From Octopus vulgaris (Eukaryota): a stretch of 64,000 nt of DNA. The DNA lies in the NCBI GenBank assembly GCA_951406725.2, contig OX597816.1, positions 148,242,001-148,306,000 on the forward strand, given 5' to 3'. Positions 42,191-56,200 of this stretch are shown one piece after another. How positions within the stretch are numbered: the stretch's first letter is position 1; each line of letters starts with the position of its first letter. Position numbers and translations under genes: made by a program. A model generated the notes under the pieces. It ran no database searches, had not been told where the DNA came from, and saw only the letters and a list, made by a program, of their open reading frames with translations.

Positions 42191-43529
42191 TGGGCTTGAC
42201 TAATAAAAGACTAAATGTAAAAGGAATACACGAATAAATTATCCTTTGAATATGTCGTATCTTATTAAGTTTGTGGCATTTGGCTCGGTTTTGTTCTTTA
42301 CTTGATGAATTTGGTTTCTATTGTACTTCCAGCTATTGTCGTTGTTGATCTTGTCATTACACCTGCTATCGTTATTGCATCTGTAATTGCCACAGTTATA
42401 GTGGTTGAAAGTCTAATTCCTGTTGTTGTTTATCATTTTGTAAATCACACTGTTCTTTTTGATGTTTCTGTTGTCGTTGTTGCTAGTATTAAACATATTA
42501 CGATTTTTTTTTTTTATATAATTTATTGTAACTGTTACCGTTTCTCTTGTTGCTGTTATTACTCCTTCACATAATTGTGTTAGATTGGTTGATGCAAGTT
42601 TGCTGTTGTTATTTTTCGTGTTATTCGTGTTCTTAATATCCTTCTCGATGACGTCGGTGCTGTTGCTGTTAATGTCAATGTTGAACATTATTATTATTGT
42701 TGTTATTATTTTTTTTCCTTATTATTGTTATTGTTGTGCTTGTGCTTGTGCTTGCTCTTGTTCTTATTGTTATCATCATTTGTGTTCTCGTTGCTGTTAC
42801 TCTTGTTAATGCCAGGCTTGGTTCTTGTTCTATTGTCTATAGAGCTACATTTTTTCAATGCCTGACAAAAAGAAACAAAAAAAAACTCAACAATTAACAC
42901 TACTGAGCTTTAAGCCGTTTATACTTCTTGTCATTGTTGATGTTGTTGTTGTTGCTATTGTTTTTAATTATTATGCCACACTTTTACATCATTTGTTTTC
43001 TTTCCATGTTATTAACGCTATTCTGATTGTATTCGCTTTTACTGATACAATTTCCTTCATTCCGTTGTTTTAGTGTCAAAGTTTAGGAAAAGTTTCGATT
43101 CTTATATTCTTGTTTACAATACTAAACGATTTTCTTTCATTTTCATTCCTTATATTTCTTTATTCCTTTCGTCATTGTCCTCTGTTATTTTATTTTTATT
43201 CTTAGTATTACTGCCACTGCTGCTCTTACCATCCCTCCCCACGTTTTTAAGTTTGCTTCTCTAATGGCAGTTTCATTGGCGTTGATAATGTTTTCGGATA
43301 ATTTGTGTTCTGTTACCTTAGTAGCAAGACGCTGTAATTATTTATCAGGCAAGACAGTATTAATTAGATTAGCCATCTACTTACTATACAATGACATTTG
43401 CTTACACCTTTCGAAGACAGCAAAAGTAAAGAGACATTTAATAGGAGTGAGAGTGTGTACTTGCGTTAATAACATACTAAAGGCATGTATGAATAAATCT
43501 TTATATACACGAATACATACAAAAGCTAG

Positions 43530-43623
43530 CTAGATAGATAGATAGACAGACAGACACACAGACAGACAGACAGACAGAAAGATAGATAGATAGACAGACA
43601 GACACACAGACAGACAGACAGAC

Positions 43624-43686
<63 letters not shown>

Positions 43687-43773
43687 CATACATACATACA
43701 TACATACATGGACAGGTAGATAGATAGATACATACATACATACATACGTACATAGATAGATATATAAATAGAT

Positions 43774-43810
<37 letters not shown>

Positions 43811-43940
43811 GAAGGCAGGCAGGCAGGCAGGTAGGTAGGTAGGCAGGTAGGTAGGTAGGGAGGGAGGGAGGTAAGTAGGTAGGTAGGTAGGTAGGTAGGT
43901 AGGTAGGTAGGTAGGTAGGTAGGTAGGTAGTAGGCAGGTA
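43530..43940. repeat. Compound tetranucleotide array (GATA/GACA/TACA/GGCA/GGGA/GGTA)
   Basis: Direct reading. Confidence 0.95.
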
Positions 43941-44435
43941 CTGCAAGATAGGGAAGTACAGTAAGATACATCCACACGCCTTCACTGGAAGGATGGAACA
44001 TTGCCTTTGTTCATATAAGCGCTTACGCATATGTGTGTGCGCCAGTTGTTAATGCGTAAATTTTCATATACAAGTGAGAGAGAAAACCTCACAAGTAGTA
44101 GGTGTAACTCATTTAAATGAATTGATAGATGCATGCATACATACATATATACATAGGTACGTACGTACAAACATACATACATGCATTCATGCATGCATAC
44201 ATACATACATACATACATACATACATACATACATACATACATACACACTTCAACGTTGACAATCGTTAAGATATTAAAGGAAAGCTTATCTTAGACGTTA
44301 TTAAAGCTGCACAAATTAATATAAGAAACACAAACAGTTACATGTGTCAGGTATGAAATAATAGAGAGATAAGACATCCAAGTAGATAATATTTAAATGA
44401 ATAAAATACGAATTAAAATAGCAGGCAGGCAAAAC

Positions 44436-44508
<73 letters not shown>

Positions 44509-45135
44509 GACATGCTTATGGCTGTAGAAAAGCTGAAAGTTTGTTCGTAGCAGCACACGATGAAGCATTAAGTACTAATTGGATAAAAGCCAAAATAGAC
44601 AAAAACCAAGTAGATCCCCAATGTAGGTTATACAAATCAAAACAGGAAAGTGTTATTCATATAGTAAGTCAATGTAGCATGCTGATTCAGAAAGAATACA
44701 AGAGACATGACAACCTAGGGAGTTATGCAGAAAGCTAGGATTTGATCATACTGAGAAATGGTATGATCATGAACCTAGTAAGGTATTAGAAAGTAAGAAA
44801 TATAAGATGTTGTGGGACTTTAACATTCAGTCTGACAGAGCAATAAAAGCTAGAAGTCATGATTTAGTAGTAGTAGATAAAGAGAATACAAAGCGCCAGA
44901 TAATTGACTTTGGAATTTCAAATGATTAGAAAGTCAATATGTGAGGTATAGGGAAAATAGCAAAGTAGCATAACCTAGTCATTGAGTTACAGAGACTTTG
45001 GAAAATGCGGGTAAAATGTATCCTATTAGTTATTGGTGCATTAGGAACACCCCTAAAGATTTAAACAGACGGATAGAGGAAATAGGCATAAAACCCAGTT
45101 TAGTACAGCTCAAGAAGACTGTGTTATAAGGGATA
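44509..45135 (+). mobile_element. R4/Dong-like non-LTR retrotransposon 3' fragment (zinc knuckle and restriction-like endonuclease), next to (TAA)n
   Basis: AESLFVAAHDEALSTNWIKAKIDK..CRLY..ESVIHIVSQC..KEYKRHDN..WYDHEP..LWDFNIQSDRAIKARSHDLVVVDK..IIDF..ELQRLW..LVIGALG; (TAA)n at 44437-44508. Confidence 0.85.
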
Positions 45136-45499
45136 GACCAGTCGGTTGATATTCATATTTCCAGAACTCCGGACAGACCAGGCGGTTATCCCAGACTTTA
45201 CCGGAGAACGCAGTGATTTTCCTCACCAATAAATCGCTACAGAACATAAATATAACATTTTCATCTATAGCATTGTCCAAAATGCTAGAGTACTCTAAGC
45301 GCTTGATGGTATCTCTAAAACCAAGAGCCCTATCTGGGCCTTTGCTTCCCACCGTACTGCAGCGGGGTACAAAGACGAACTGTGGAAAAAATCATCTGTC
45401 AAACAGAGACTGCTCCTGTTCTCTGCGAAGGAATCGCAGGAAGGGGTAGTAGAAAAGTAAGAGGTTTATGGTGGTGTAAATGTTAATGGAAGGAAGGTT

Positions 45500-46110
45500 T
45501 AAATAAAGTGGGCTAGAGAATTTAGACCGTGATGGATTTATGAATATGGAGAGAAAAATGAATTTGCTATTCCAGACAGAGGCTGTAATCTGAGCGGCCT
45601 CTATGCAAAACCAGCCCAAACACAAACAGATGCTTGCAGGCAACAAACGGTCGAGCAGAATTGGTACAAGACCGAGATCTTATTCCTAACGATGTTCTAA
45701 TTCCTAACGATGTTCGACAAAATGGTCAGCTAGATGCTAACCAGTTTGTCTAATGTACAGGGAGAGGCAAAGAGTGCAGAGGTTGCAACAAATCAAATTA
45801 CTAGTGATCCTAGAGAATGAGTCAGAGGTCGATTGTGGGTATCGCTGAGGACGGTGCTGTTGGAGCAGATGGAGCAGGTGTAGCAGCGTGGATGAGAGCA
45901 AGGGAAGGAGTCAGGTTGAGTACCAAAAGGGGAAAAGAAGTTGCGAACCAGTAGATTGCGTGAGTTGTGAGCTCGATTGACAGTGTGGGTGAGTAGGGAA
46001 AATGTGAAGGGTGAAAGGATCGGATAGGAATTGGATGAAAGTGTGTTGGAGAGGTAGGGAGGATTGATGGTAGGTAAGGAGGAAAGGGACATTGTTTTCA
46101 TTAAGTTTCT
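45500..46110 (-). mobile_element. Penelope-like element remnant (Cys linker and GIY-YIG)
   Basis: NSRNLLVRN..SFPCSHPRCYTC..SLCLSLYIRQTG*HLADHFVEH..HGLN. Confidence 0.75.
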
Positions 46111-46937
46111 GTAAAGCGAGAACTCACTAACGGACAATATGCACGAACACACACACACTCGTACACACTCATACACACAAACATACACGCAGTGACACAC
46201 ATATATATACGTAGGTATGTAGGTATATTTTTGCATGTATTAATATCTGTCTTCCTGCATGTCTATGGATGTTTGCATATGTGCTAAAACGTGTTTGTGT
46301 GTATGCATGCCATGTCTGTATATATCTTGTAGGGAGATATGTAGATATAGAAAGATACGCACGGTTGCCGTTAACATTGCTGTCACTCTTCAATCAATCC
46401 TGGTTCTATAGATAATAAATCTATTAATTATATATCATACTAAAGCGATTCTTTTTTCTGAAATACATAACAATGACCTAAAAATACAAGAACAATGTCT
46501 GTCCAGGCTTCTTGCCAATAGAAAAAAATACCAACTTAAAATAACCAAGAGGTGGGTGGTTGGAGTGGGCAGTCAAAAAATCAATGTACTTTCGTGAGTG
46601 TCATAATCTATTTTGGGGAACTATGCGGTGTCTAGAAAATATTGCAGGTGTATGGAGAGCTGCTATGAGAGCTTTTCGAACAGTCATAAGAATATATAAA
46701 CCTTAAGGAGACCATATTTGAAGGATACATCAGCTTGTGACGCAAATGGCATTAGGATTTCGCTAGCCACGCATACCGACATATTTTAAGTATCTCTATA
46801 TATCTCAGAAACATACACATTAAAATATTTATGCGTGTGGAGAAAGATACGTATACACACTGAAACACACACAAACATACATACATGCATACACACATAC
46901 ATACATACATACATACATACATACATACATACATACA

Positions 46938-46970
<33 letters not shown>

Positions 46971-47039
46971 GTGTGTATGTATGTATGTATATATATATGT
47001 ATATATATATATATATAAAATATTCACATATGTGAAGAT

Positions 47040-47290
47040 GCGTGGCTTAGTGGCTTAGTGGCTAGGGCATTTGGCTCATGATCGTAAGGTCGTGAGTTCA
47101 ATTCCCGGCGACGCATTATGTCATTGAACAATACACTTTATTTCATGTTAATCTAGTCCGTTCAGCTGTCAAAAATGAGTAATACCTGTAGTTCAAAAGG
47201 CCAGCCTTGTCACACCCTGTGTCACGCTAAATCCCCCTGAGAACTATGTTAAGGGTACAATTGCACATTAATTTCACGAGCAGGCTGCGA
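47040..47290 (+). mobile_element. tRNA-derived SINE family C
   Basis: A-box tggcttagtgg, B-box gagttcaattccc; duplicated at 49189-49415; diverged relatives near 27210-27470 and 28455. Confidence 0.75.
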
Positions 47291-48289
47291 AATTTGATAT
47301 TAATTGGTTGAAGGATATGTTTACTTCTAGCTGCTCGTCCATAATAACCAAGCTTATACAGATATGTAACACATGTTACAGTTTCTGTAATTTACCTACT
47401 ATGATACATATCAAACGTACCTGACTGGTATAAACGTCAGTTATTTTACAGGAACTAAAATGGTGCCAAGTATACCATAATGACATGAAATGGATAATAC
47501 TTGAAATGGATTAAAAGATTTGTTAACAGTATGTATAATAATATATTGTAGTATATTAGAAAAGTTGTTATAAAGTACACTGCCAGTATTTGCTTTCACT
47601 TGCAAACTTTGTCTTACTTCACGAGACTGTTGGTTTTGAATCAACATATACATTTCGACGCTGCTCACAGACTATGTCTGCTACATGCTTCTCTAGAATT
47701 GGTCAGCGTGCAGTGCCTTCTCTATTTCCACATTTTGTCCAGTGTATACTCCTTAATCCTGGGTACTTTGGTGAACGGAGTTAGCTATTATATATAATTA
47801 TAATTAAGGGCGCATTCACATCGTTAAGGGAATGTCACTGAATGTCGTCATAAACAACCAAGATAGTCATATCTGAGGGAAACCCGAATGGTATCTAACA
47901 CCCTGCTTCTAGTCCAATTTACAGTCGGTTACGGATGACTGAGCCGACGTATTAAGCGCCCACATATACAAGTATTTGTATATATACATAGACACACACT
48001 CATACATTTATTTAACTGTGGTTTGACACACGCAAATTGACATATACAGGTATTTACATATATTCATATACAGATACATATACATACATATATATATTTT
48101 TTTTATATATATGCACAAAATTTCTTCTTAAGAAAATGCATATTCAAATAAGTAAACCATAATATCATGAATAGCGATAGCGAAACAGGTCGATATATTA
48201 AAAATTATATTAAAACTATGTAAAGTGTGCGTATTTTCCTTTTTTAAATTCTTATATATATATTACAACTCACCACGTCGGGATACTGT

Positions 48290-48334
<45 letters not shown>

Positions 48335-49188
48335 TCGTGTTACACTAAGAAGCGGTGAACGGCACCAAAATGTTTCGAATCGAGTCTAATATAAGAAACT
48401 ACTCTAAATCGTTGTTAGCCTATCCGCATAAGTGGATTAAAGTCCTATAAGTTGCAATAATGAATCCACAACAAAGTAAATCCACGCTATCAACTATTTT
48501 AAAATTGTCGTATATTAAAGAATACTGCCTTCAGCGCACTAGTTTGTTTACAGCTTGCATCGACGTTTGTAATGTGTATGTTGTACACACAGCACGTAGA
48601 ACGGTGTCTACTGCATATTATAAAGTTTTATTCTGTCATCTACCTAATCACAATGCCTAAAGTTACAGAAGAGAAGACACAAAAGAAATAATATTAAAAT
48701 TTCGTGATAAATTAGAAGAAAATGGAAGTATGCTTAAATAGAAGTGTGTTACTCACAGATGCAACATCGGAACATCGTTAATATTAAGGACTAAAAGCAA
48801 AATCGAATCATTTAGATTTTTCGTAAATATTTTGAGCCTAACTATGAAAGTGAAGAAGAAAATCTTCATCAACCAAAATTGAGATAATATATTTCCCGAG
48901 TTTGTTTTCATTGAAGCGGATGTGCATATAACTCCATCTTTACCTAAGTAAATCTAAAGTTTTTGATAAAAAAACGTATCTCTCCGATAGTTTGTTGACC
49001 AGCCCTTTAACTCTCTTGATGCCAACCCACCTGTGTGCGCCTCTTAATCTATATGACTTCTTGAATTAAAGCCTCAAAATTCTGAATTAAAACATAACAA
49101 AATTCGATGTTATTTTATGTTTTAAAAATCAGCTAAAAGGGATTTCTAATTTAGGTACATGCCAGCAGATTTGAGGAAAGGATGTCAG
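47060..49188 (+). repeat. Upstream copy (A+B) of a near-identical local duplication
   Basis: 47060-47765 matches 49188-49893 (offset 2128); 47764-49188 matches 53194-54628; identical ORFs 47441/49569 and 48460/53898 in the track. Confidence 0.95.
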
Positions 49189-49559
49189 GCTAGGGCATTT
49201 GGCTCATGATCGTAAGGTCGTGAGTTCAATTCCCGGCGACGCATTATGTCATTGAACAATACACTTTATTTCATGTTAATCTAGTCCGTTCAGCTGTCAA
49301 AAATGAGTAATACCTGTAGTTCAAAAGGCCAGCCTTGTCACACCCTGTGTCACGCTGAATCCCCCTGAGAACTATGTTAAGGGTACAATTGCACATTAAT
49401 TTCACGAGCAGGCTGCGAAATTTGATATTAATTGGTTGAAGGATATGTTTACTTCTAGCTGCTCGTCCATAATAACCAAGCTTATACAGATATGTAACAC
49501 ATGTTACAGTTTCTGTAATTTACCTACTATGATACATATCAAACGTACCTGACTGGTAT

Positions 49560-50758
49560 AAACGTCAGTTATTTTACAGGAACTAAAATGGTGCCAAGTA
49601 TACCATAATGACATGAAATGGATAATACTTGAAATGGATTAAAAGATTTGTTAACAGTATGTATAATAATATATTGTAGTATATTAGAAAAGTTGTTATA
49701 AAGTACACTGCCAGTATTTGCTTTCACTTGCAAACTTTGTCTTACTTCACGAGACTGTTGGTTTTGAATCAACATATACATTTCGACGCTGCTCACAGAC
49801 TATGTCTGCTACATGCTTCTCTAGAATTGGTCAGCGTGCAGTGCCTTCTCTATTTCCACATTTTGTCCAGAGTATACTCCTTAATCCTGGGTATACTTCC
49901 TTTAATCTCATACTATCTTCTTGGTTACACCGTATTCTCGTAGCAGCATAGTTGTTGTGGGAGTTGGCGTATGCTACCACTTTCAGCTTAAGATCAGCAT
50001 CATATTTCCTTCGTTTACCACTTTGAGGCATGGGATGGGTTACAGTTGCTGGAAATTAATGTTCACCCAGTGAGAGCACAGCTGCTTATGAAAGAGTGAC
50101 AATTTGAGCCTTTTCAAGAAACCCTGTCTGTAAATGTTTAAAAGTAACCGATAATTGTAAGGTTTATTGTGATTGGTCTGACTGACCCGAACTAGCAAGT
50201 CACAGAAGGTACTGGTACATTCAGCTAATCTGCAGTAACAGGTAGGTTAGTTACTGTAAACTACACTTTTCCAGAAAGCCTTCGGCTGGGTGAGCCCTAT
50301 ATGAGAGAGCGCTCTAACAAGACAATGTCAACAGAACGGGCCCTGGGACTCGGCTGAACGGGCTGATTGTTTACATTTTCTGTTCGTCAGCTGTTGCAAA
50401 TGGCGACTGGTGTCTGTCCGTTATGTTTGTTGTGCTGTTATTTTAATATAAGCTTACTATTAATCCAGCTTCTCAAACATACTTGTAAATACCAGTAGAA
50501 AATACTGAGTTGTATAACCATAGGAACCTGTTTTACAGTGTTCCCCATCGATATGTGCAAGTATCAGTAGAAAGTACTGCGCAGTAGAAGCACAGGGTCT
50601 ATGCGAGTGCTTTACACTGTTCTCCATTATCATTGCTACTACTCTAAAACACAGGAAGTTAAAGTTCAGATTTTATACGGGGTATATAAGACGACCACTA
50701 GATTTGGGTTGATTTGTTTTAAAGTTCAAATTGCATCACGTACGCCGGCATATGCGAT
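49560..50758 (-). mobile_element. Tc2/pogo-like DNA transposon 5' part (Brinker-type DNA-binding domain and CENP-B HTH)
   Basis: MPQSGKRRKYDADLKLKVVAYANSHNNYAATR; R*PILEKHVADIVCEQRRNVYV; terminal-like ..atatgccggcgta.. at about 50740-50758 next to (TA)n. Confidence 0.7.
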
Positions 50759-50761
50759 ATG

Positions 50762-50816
<55 letters not shown>

Positions 50817-51178
50817 CCTTCACATATCTCATCTCTTCATCACAACATTCACCCACCTCCCTACTCTATTTTTTACTATCGACCCCAACGAGTGCCTCGG
50901 CTCAGAGATTGCAGGATACGTAGCATATTAGGCTATGATTTATATTGCTGCCAGTTGGAACTACTCCTAGTTGTTCAACTATGTATGCCCAGAAAATTAA
51001 ACAAGGTTTACTATTTTATTATGTCGCTTTCAGAATAATCTTTTAATAGATTTAGCTAGAGAGCTGCCGTTATACTGGGACATCACCGTTTCTTTTGTTA
51101 CGCTTACACTTTCATTAAATATTTCCACATCTTTTGGTAATTTCCATTATCTAGAGTCTCAAGAATATATATATATAT

Positions 51179-51345
51179 AGGCGTAGGAGAGGCCGTGTGG
51201 TAAGTAGCTTGTTTACCAACCACATGGTTCCGGGTTCAGTCCCACTACGTGGCACCGTGGGCAAGTGTCTTCTACTATTGCCTCGAGCCGACCAAAGCCT
51301 TGTGAGTGGATTTGGTAGGCGGAAACTGAAAGAAGCCCGTCGTAT
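51179..51345 (+). mobile_element. SINE family A 5' half
   Basis: ggcgtaggagaggccgtgtggtaag..ccgggttcagtcccact..gaaagaagcccgtcg then (TA)n. Confidence 0.9.
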
Positions 51346-52199
51346 ATATGTATATATATATATATATATACGTGTTTAAGTATATAATTATACTGCTGTG
51401 TCTGGGGAGAGTCATTCTCTTTTAGTGCCTTATAATGTAACACACTCACCGGTAAAATTTCCACTTATTTCTTATTTTTATTTTCTAAAATTTTCGATGC
51501 GTCTTGCAAACTTTTCAATAGTCTTGACTCTGTCCGTTATTTACCCTGCGTTCTCTTTTGTTTGTTTGTGCGCATGTGTGTGGGTCAGTGTGTGTGTGTG
51601 TGCCTATACATGCATGCATGTATGTGTGTGTTTGCATGTGTATGTATATATGTGTGTGTATGCATATGTATGTGTGTGCATCTGTATGTACGTATCCTGC
51701 ATATTTATGTGCTTGCCTGTCCGTGTTTGTGTATTTTCTATGTATGTGTGTGTGAGCATGTGTTTGTATATGTATGCACCTCTGTCTCCTTGTGTGTGCA
51801 TATCTGTGTGTGTGTGTTATGTAACTATGTACCATGTTTGTATGTATGGATGTGCATCTTTATATGTGTGGATCCGTGTCTCCATATGTGTGTTCTTGTA
51901 ACCTATATACCTATCCCTCTGTATGTTGATCTGTTTATTTACATATCTAAATGCTTACATACATAAACAAAATAAATAAATAAATAAGTAAATAAAAATA
52001 AAAAATATTTTTAAAATATTAAAAAATAAGAAATATAAAAAATATAACGAAAACAAAAAAAAACAAAAAATAATAATGATTTATAAAAAAAAGAAAAAGG
52101 CATACACACACACTCACACCCACATAGATACATTTATCTACCTAACAGTTCACTAACTATTCTACTCTAATGTGTAAACTGTGGGTATGGAGGTATGGT

Positions 52200-53217
52200 A
52201 TTTATTGTGTATATTTCCTATTTAATATTGGGTAAGTTTCATTTATAAAGACGTACTCCCGTATTTGTCTGAGCGTTGGGTCTTTTGGGTGCTTCGATAA
52301 GATGCGGATGTCAAGTTGACCCAAGTTACCTCCATGGTGGTCTTCGGCATGTTGGTAGAGTATGGAGGACTTTTTTCTGTCATCATATTGTCTTAGATGT
52401 TCATTTATCAGATCCGCAATGCTCCCCTATGACGTCTCCCCTATGTACATCATGTTCATGTCCTTACAAGCACCTTCTATGCATCTTATACTGTAAACTA
52501 CATTTCGAGTTCTACAGTTAATCCCAGGGCTAATTCTACATACCATGCAGTTATCATTGGTGCATATGGTATTCTTAAACGGGTATGTCCTACATGGTTG
52601 TGATCTGACGGAGTTCCCTGGCTTTTCAACAATTTTAATGTTGAGTTTGGTCTCTTTCAGAGCTTTTCTAAATCTACGGGCTAGTTCTCCATGTGGCCAC
52701 TACAAACATCACTCCTTGATATTTGTCGGTTTTATACCACGTGTTCGCCATGTTTGCTTTGTCACAAGATCTTTGTATTCTATTCCATTCTTTGTTTCTA
52801 TATCTAGGGCAGGTACCACTGGTATAATTACGTATAATGTTATCTAATTTCTTTCTAGCCCCCACCCTGTATACACAAACCCTATCTTTCTGATCATATC
52901 CAGAGAACTGCATGCGGTGTATGAAGTTTTGTATATGTTCTTCATTCCATAGGGTTCGCATAGTGCGGACACATTGTTCATTATTCTAACTAAGTCTTCT
53001 ATCAGTATGTTAATTTTCATGTTGTGTGACAAAGCTGAGTTCTTGTGAACAACATATTTTGAAGTTACAGGTTTCATGTAATAAGAGTGGAGGAGCTGCA
53101 CTCTATTGTTCACAGTCTCTAACCAAAGTTCAGTATCAAGTACAGGGAGTCTATTGTTAGGGTGCTTAGTGGGGTAATCTATAGTTACCTTGATACTTTG
53201 GTGAACGGAGTTAGCGA
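52200..53217 (-). mobile_element. Penelope-like retroelement remnant (C-terminal RT, linker, GIY-YIG)
   Basis: IANSVHQSIKVTIDYPTKHPNNRLPVLDTELW..YYMKPV..KINILIEDLVRIMNN..MQFSGY..NCRTRNVVYSIRC..MYIG. Confidence 0.85.
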
Positions 53218-53713
53218 TTATATATAATTATAAGGGCGCATTCACGTCGTTAAGGGAATGTCACTGAATGTCGTCATAAACAACCAAGATAGTCATATCT
53301 AAGAGAAACCCGAATGGTATCTAACACCCTGCTTCGGGTCCAATTTACAGTCGGTTACGGATGACTGAGCCGACGTATTAAGCGCCCACATATACAAGTG
53401 TTTGTATATATACATAGACACACACTCATACATTTATTTAACTGTGGTTTGACACACGCAAATTGACATATACAGGTATTTACATATATTCATATACAGA
53501 TACATATACATACATATATATTTTTTTTATATATATGCACAAAATTTCTTCTTAAGAAAATGCATATTCAAATAAGTAAACCATAATACCATGAATAGCG
53601 ATAGCGAAACAGGTCGATATATTAAAAATTATATTAAAACTATGTAAAGTGTGCGTATTTTCCTTTTTTAAATTCTTATATATATATTACAACTCACCAC
53701 GTCGGGATACTGT

Positions 53714-53772
<59 letters not shown>

Positions 53773-54777
53773 TCGTGTTACACTAAGAAGCGGTGAACGG
53801 CACCAAAATGTTTCGAATCGAGTCTAATATAAGAAACTACTCTAAATCGTTGTTAGCCTATCCGCATAAGTGGATTAAAGTCCTATAAGTTGCAATAATG
53901 AATCCACAACAAAGTAAATCCACGCTATCAACTATTTTAAAATTGTCGTATATTAAAGAATACTGCCTTCAGCGCACTAGTTTGTTTACAGCTTGCATCG
54001 ACGTTTGTAATGTGTATGTTGTACACACAGCACGTAGAACGGTGTCTACTGCATATTATAAAGTTTTATTCTGTCATCTACCTAATCACAATGCCTAAAG
54101 TTACAGAAGAGAAGACACAAAAGAAATAATATTAAAATTTCGTGATAAATTAGAAGAAAATGGAAGTAGGCTTAAATAGAAGTGTGTTACTCACAGATGC
54201 AACATCGGAACATCGTTAATATTAAGGACTAAAAGCAAAATCGAATCATTTAGATTTTTCGTAAATATTTTGAGCCTAACTATGAAAGTGAAGAAGAAAA
54301 TCTTCATCAACCAAAATTGAGATAATATATTTCCCGAGTTTGTTTTCATTGAAGCGGATGTGCATATAACTCCATCTTTACCTAAGTAAATCTAAAGTTT
54401 TTGATAAAAAAACGTATCTCTCCGATAGTTTGTTGACCAGCCCTTTAACTCTCTTGATGCCAACCCACCTGTGTTCGCCTCTTAATCTATATGACTTCTT
54501 GAATTAAAGCCTATCAAAATTCTGAATTAAAACATAACAAAATTCGATGTTATTTTATGTTTTAAAAATCAGCTAAAAGGGATTTCTAATTTAGGCACAG
54601 GCCAGCAGATTTGAGGGAAGGATGTCAGTCGAAACTATTCACAACAGGGTTTGATGGGTATTGCTGAGAATTTTATTGATCCTGGAGGAAAGAAAGGAAA
54701 CGCTAATCTCATTCATCTGCATTTTTCTGACGCTTTAACAATTTTTCCAGCTCGCTAAACACAAACAGCAGCATAAT

Positions 54778-54980
54778 AATCTTTTCTACTCTAGGCACAA
54801 GGCCCGTAGTTTTGGGGGAAAGAACCAGTCGATTAGATGGACTACAGTACGCAACTGGTACTTAATTTATCGACTCCGAAAGGATGAAAGACAAAGTCGA
54901 CCTCGGCAGAATTTGAACTCAGAACGTAAAGACACGAAATACCACTAAGCATTTCGCCTGGCGTGCTAACATTTCTGCTT
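54778..54980 (-). mobile_element. SINE family B copy
   Basis: gaaaggatgaaagacaaagtcgacctcggcagaatttgaactcagaacg..gcatttcgcctggcgtgctaac. Confidence 0.85.
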
Positions 54981-55149
54981 ACAACAGCTTCATAATGACA
55001 AAGTTATTTTACTAAATTTTTCTTTAATTCTAAAATAAATTGAAATAAATACAGTATGTTTCAATCGAAATATGATAATAAAAGGGTAAGAAAACAAATA
55101 AGATAGGGTCGGTACTAAATGACAACCAGATTCAAAATCGATACCCAAA

Positions 55150-56200
55150 GGAAACCGAATGATTTTTGATTTGTCGAGAATATAATCTTTCAGGCAATCA
55201 TTTATATATAAAAAGGCCTCTAGAAAACGATAACATTGACAAGTTTGAATGGAACGTTTCTATAATTTCAAATATGATAAAGAACGCTAGGCTGTTACAC
55301 GTGCCCCTAATATATCTTCGTAACACGAATAAAGTTTAAAATCTTAGCAATAAGTTTCATCATCTTACGGTCTTGAATGAAATAATGGTAGCTTCTAATA
55401 AAGGCCAATCGAATGCATGGATAAATAACATTTCAAAATTGTTTTACATGCGAGCGTTAAACAGTTCGAAATTCGTGGTAAACCTTTCGGCACTAAATAT
55501 ATTTCACTCCATGATAACTGTAGGGCCCGTCCCCACGGATCAATGATGGTTTCAGATTGTGGAGATATTTCTTCGTGTTATTTCCACTTAACCTCACTCC
55601 TCTCATACAGCAATGAGCCAGGGAATTACCCAGCATTTCAAATGCCATTATAGAAATAATTTTACGAAATAATTAATCAACGGCGAAATTTCTATTCGAA
55701 ACTTTCAATGCCAATTTTCAATTAAGGATGCGCACTTTACATCTCTTGTTGCATGGACCTCTGCTAAATCACTCAATCTTTTGAGAGCTTTCGCCTATTT
55801 TCATGTTTGACAATATTATTTCTGATGATTAAGATGAAGGGGATTCTGATGGTTTTAATATTAGGTAGGGAAACAATGCAGTCAGTACAAACAACGTCCA
55901 TTGAGAATCCTTTACATAATCTCCGAGATAAAATTATCAATGACTGGATTTGAGGTGACAACGATATTGAATTACCCAAAACTTTTTCACATCATGAGAT
56001 TATTGATATTGGGGTTGATCCCGTAGAAAAGAGATGCATCAATTTGTTTCGCTGAAGATGATAATGGAAACGAAAGAATTGAAAAGGTGTATTAGAATAA
56101 AGTTAAACCATGCCTGGATATGATTAGTTCTTGTTTTGCACAGAATTCGAATTTCGCTGTGCAACAAATAATGCAAGCTTAAAAATGCAATCATCAACTA
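55150..56200 (+). mobile_element. Highly decayed pogo/Tigger transposase (DDE_1)
   Basis: Manual translation: NFKYDKER, KGQSNAWIN, LHDNCRARP, LFPLNLTPLIQ/MSQGITQHFKCHYR (cf. FLPPNTTSLIQPMDQGII..FK..YR); boundaries approximate. Confidence 0.7.

Noticed and set aside
47040-47110. tRNA-like sequences with A and B boxes (also at 11972, 16844, 32867, 51179)
   Set aside because: They are SINE heads: no complete cloverleaf, and each continues into a repeated SINE body.
48460-48660. Identical 66-aa ORF present twice (also 53898-54098)
   Set aside because: Identity is explained by the recent duplication; no coding signature.
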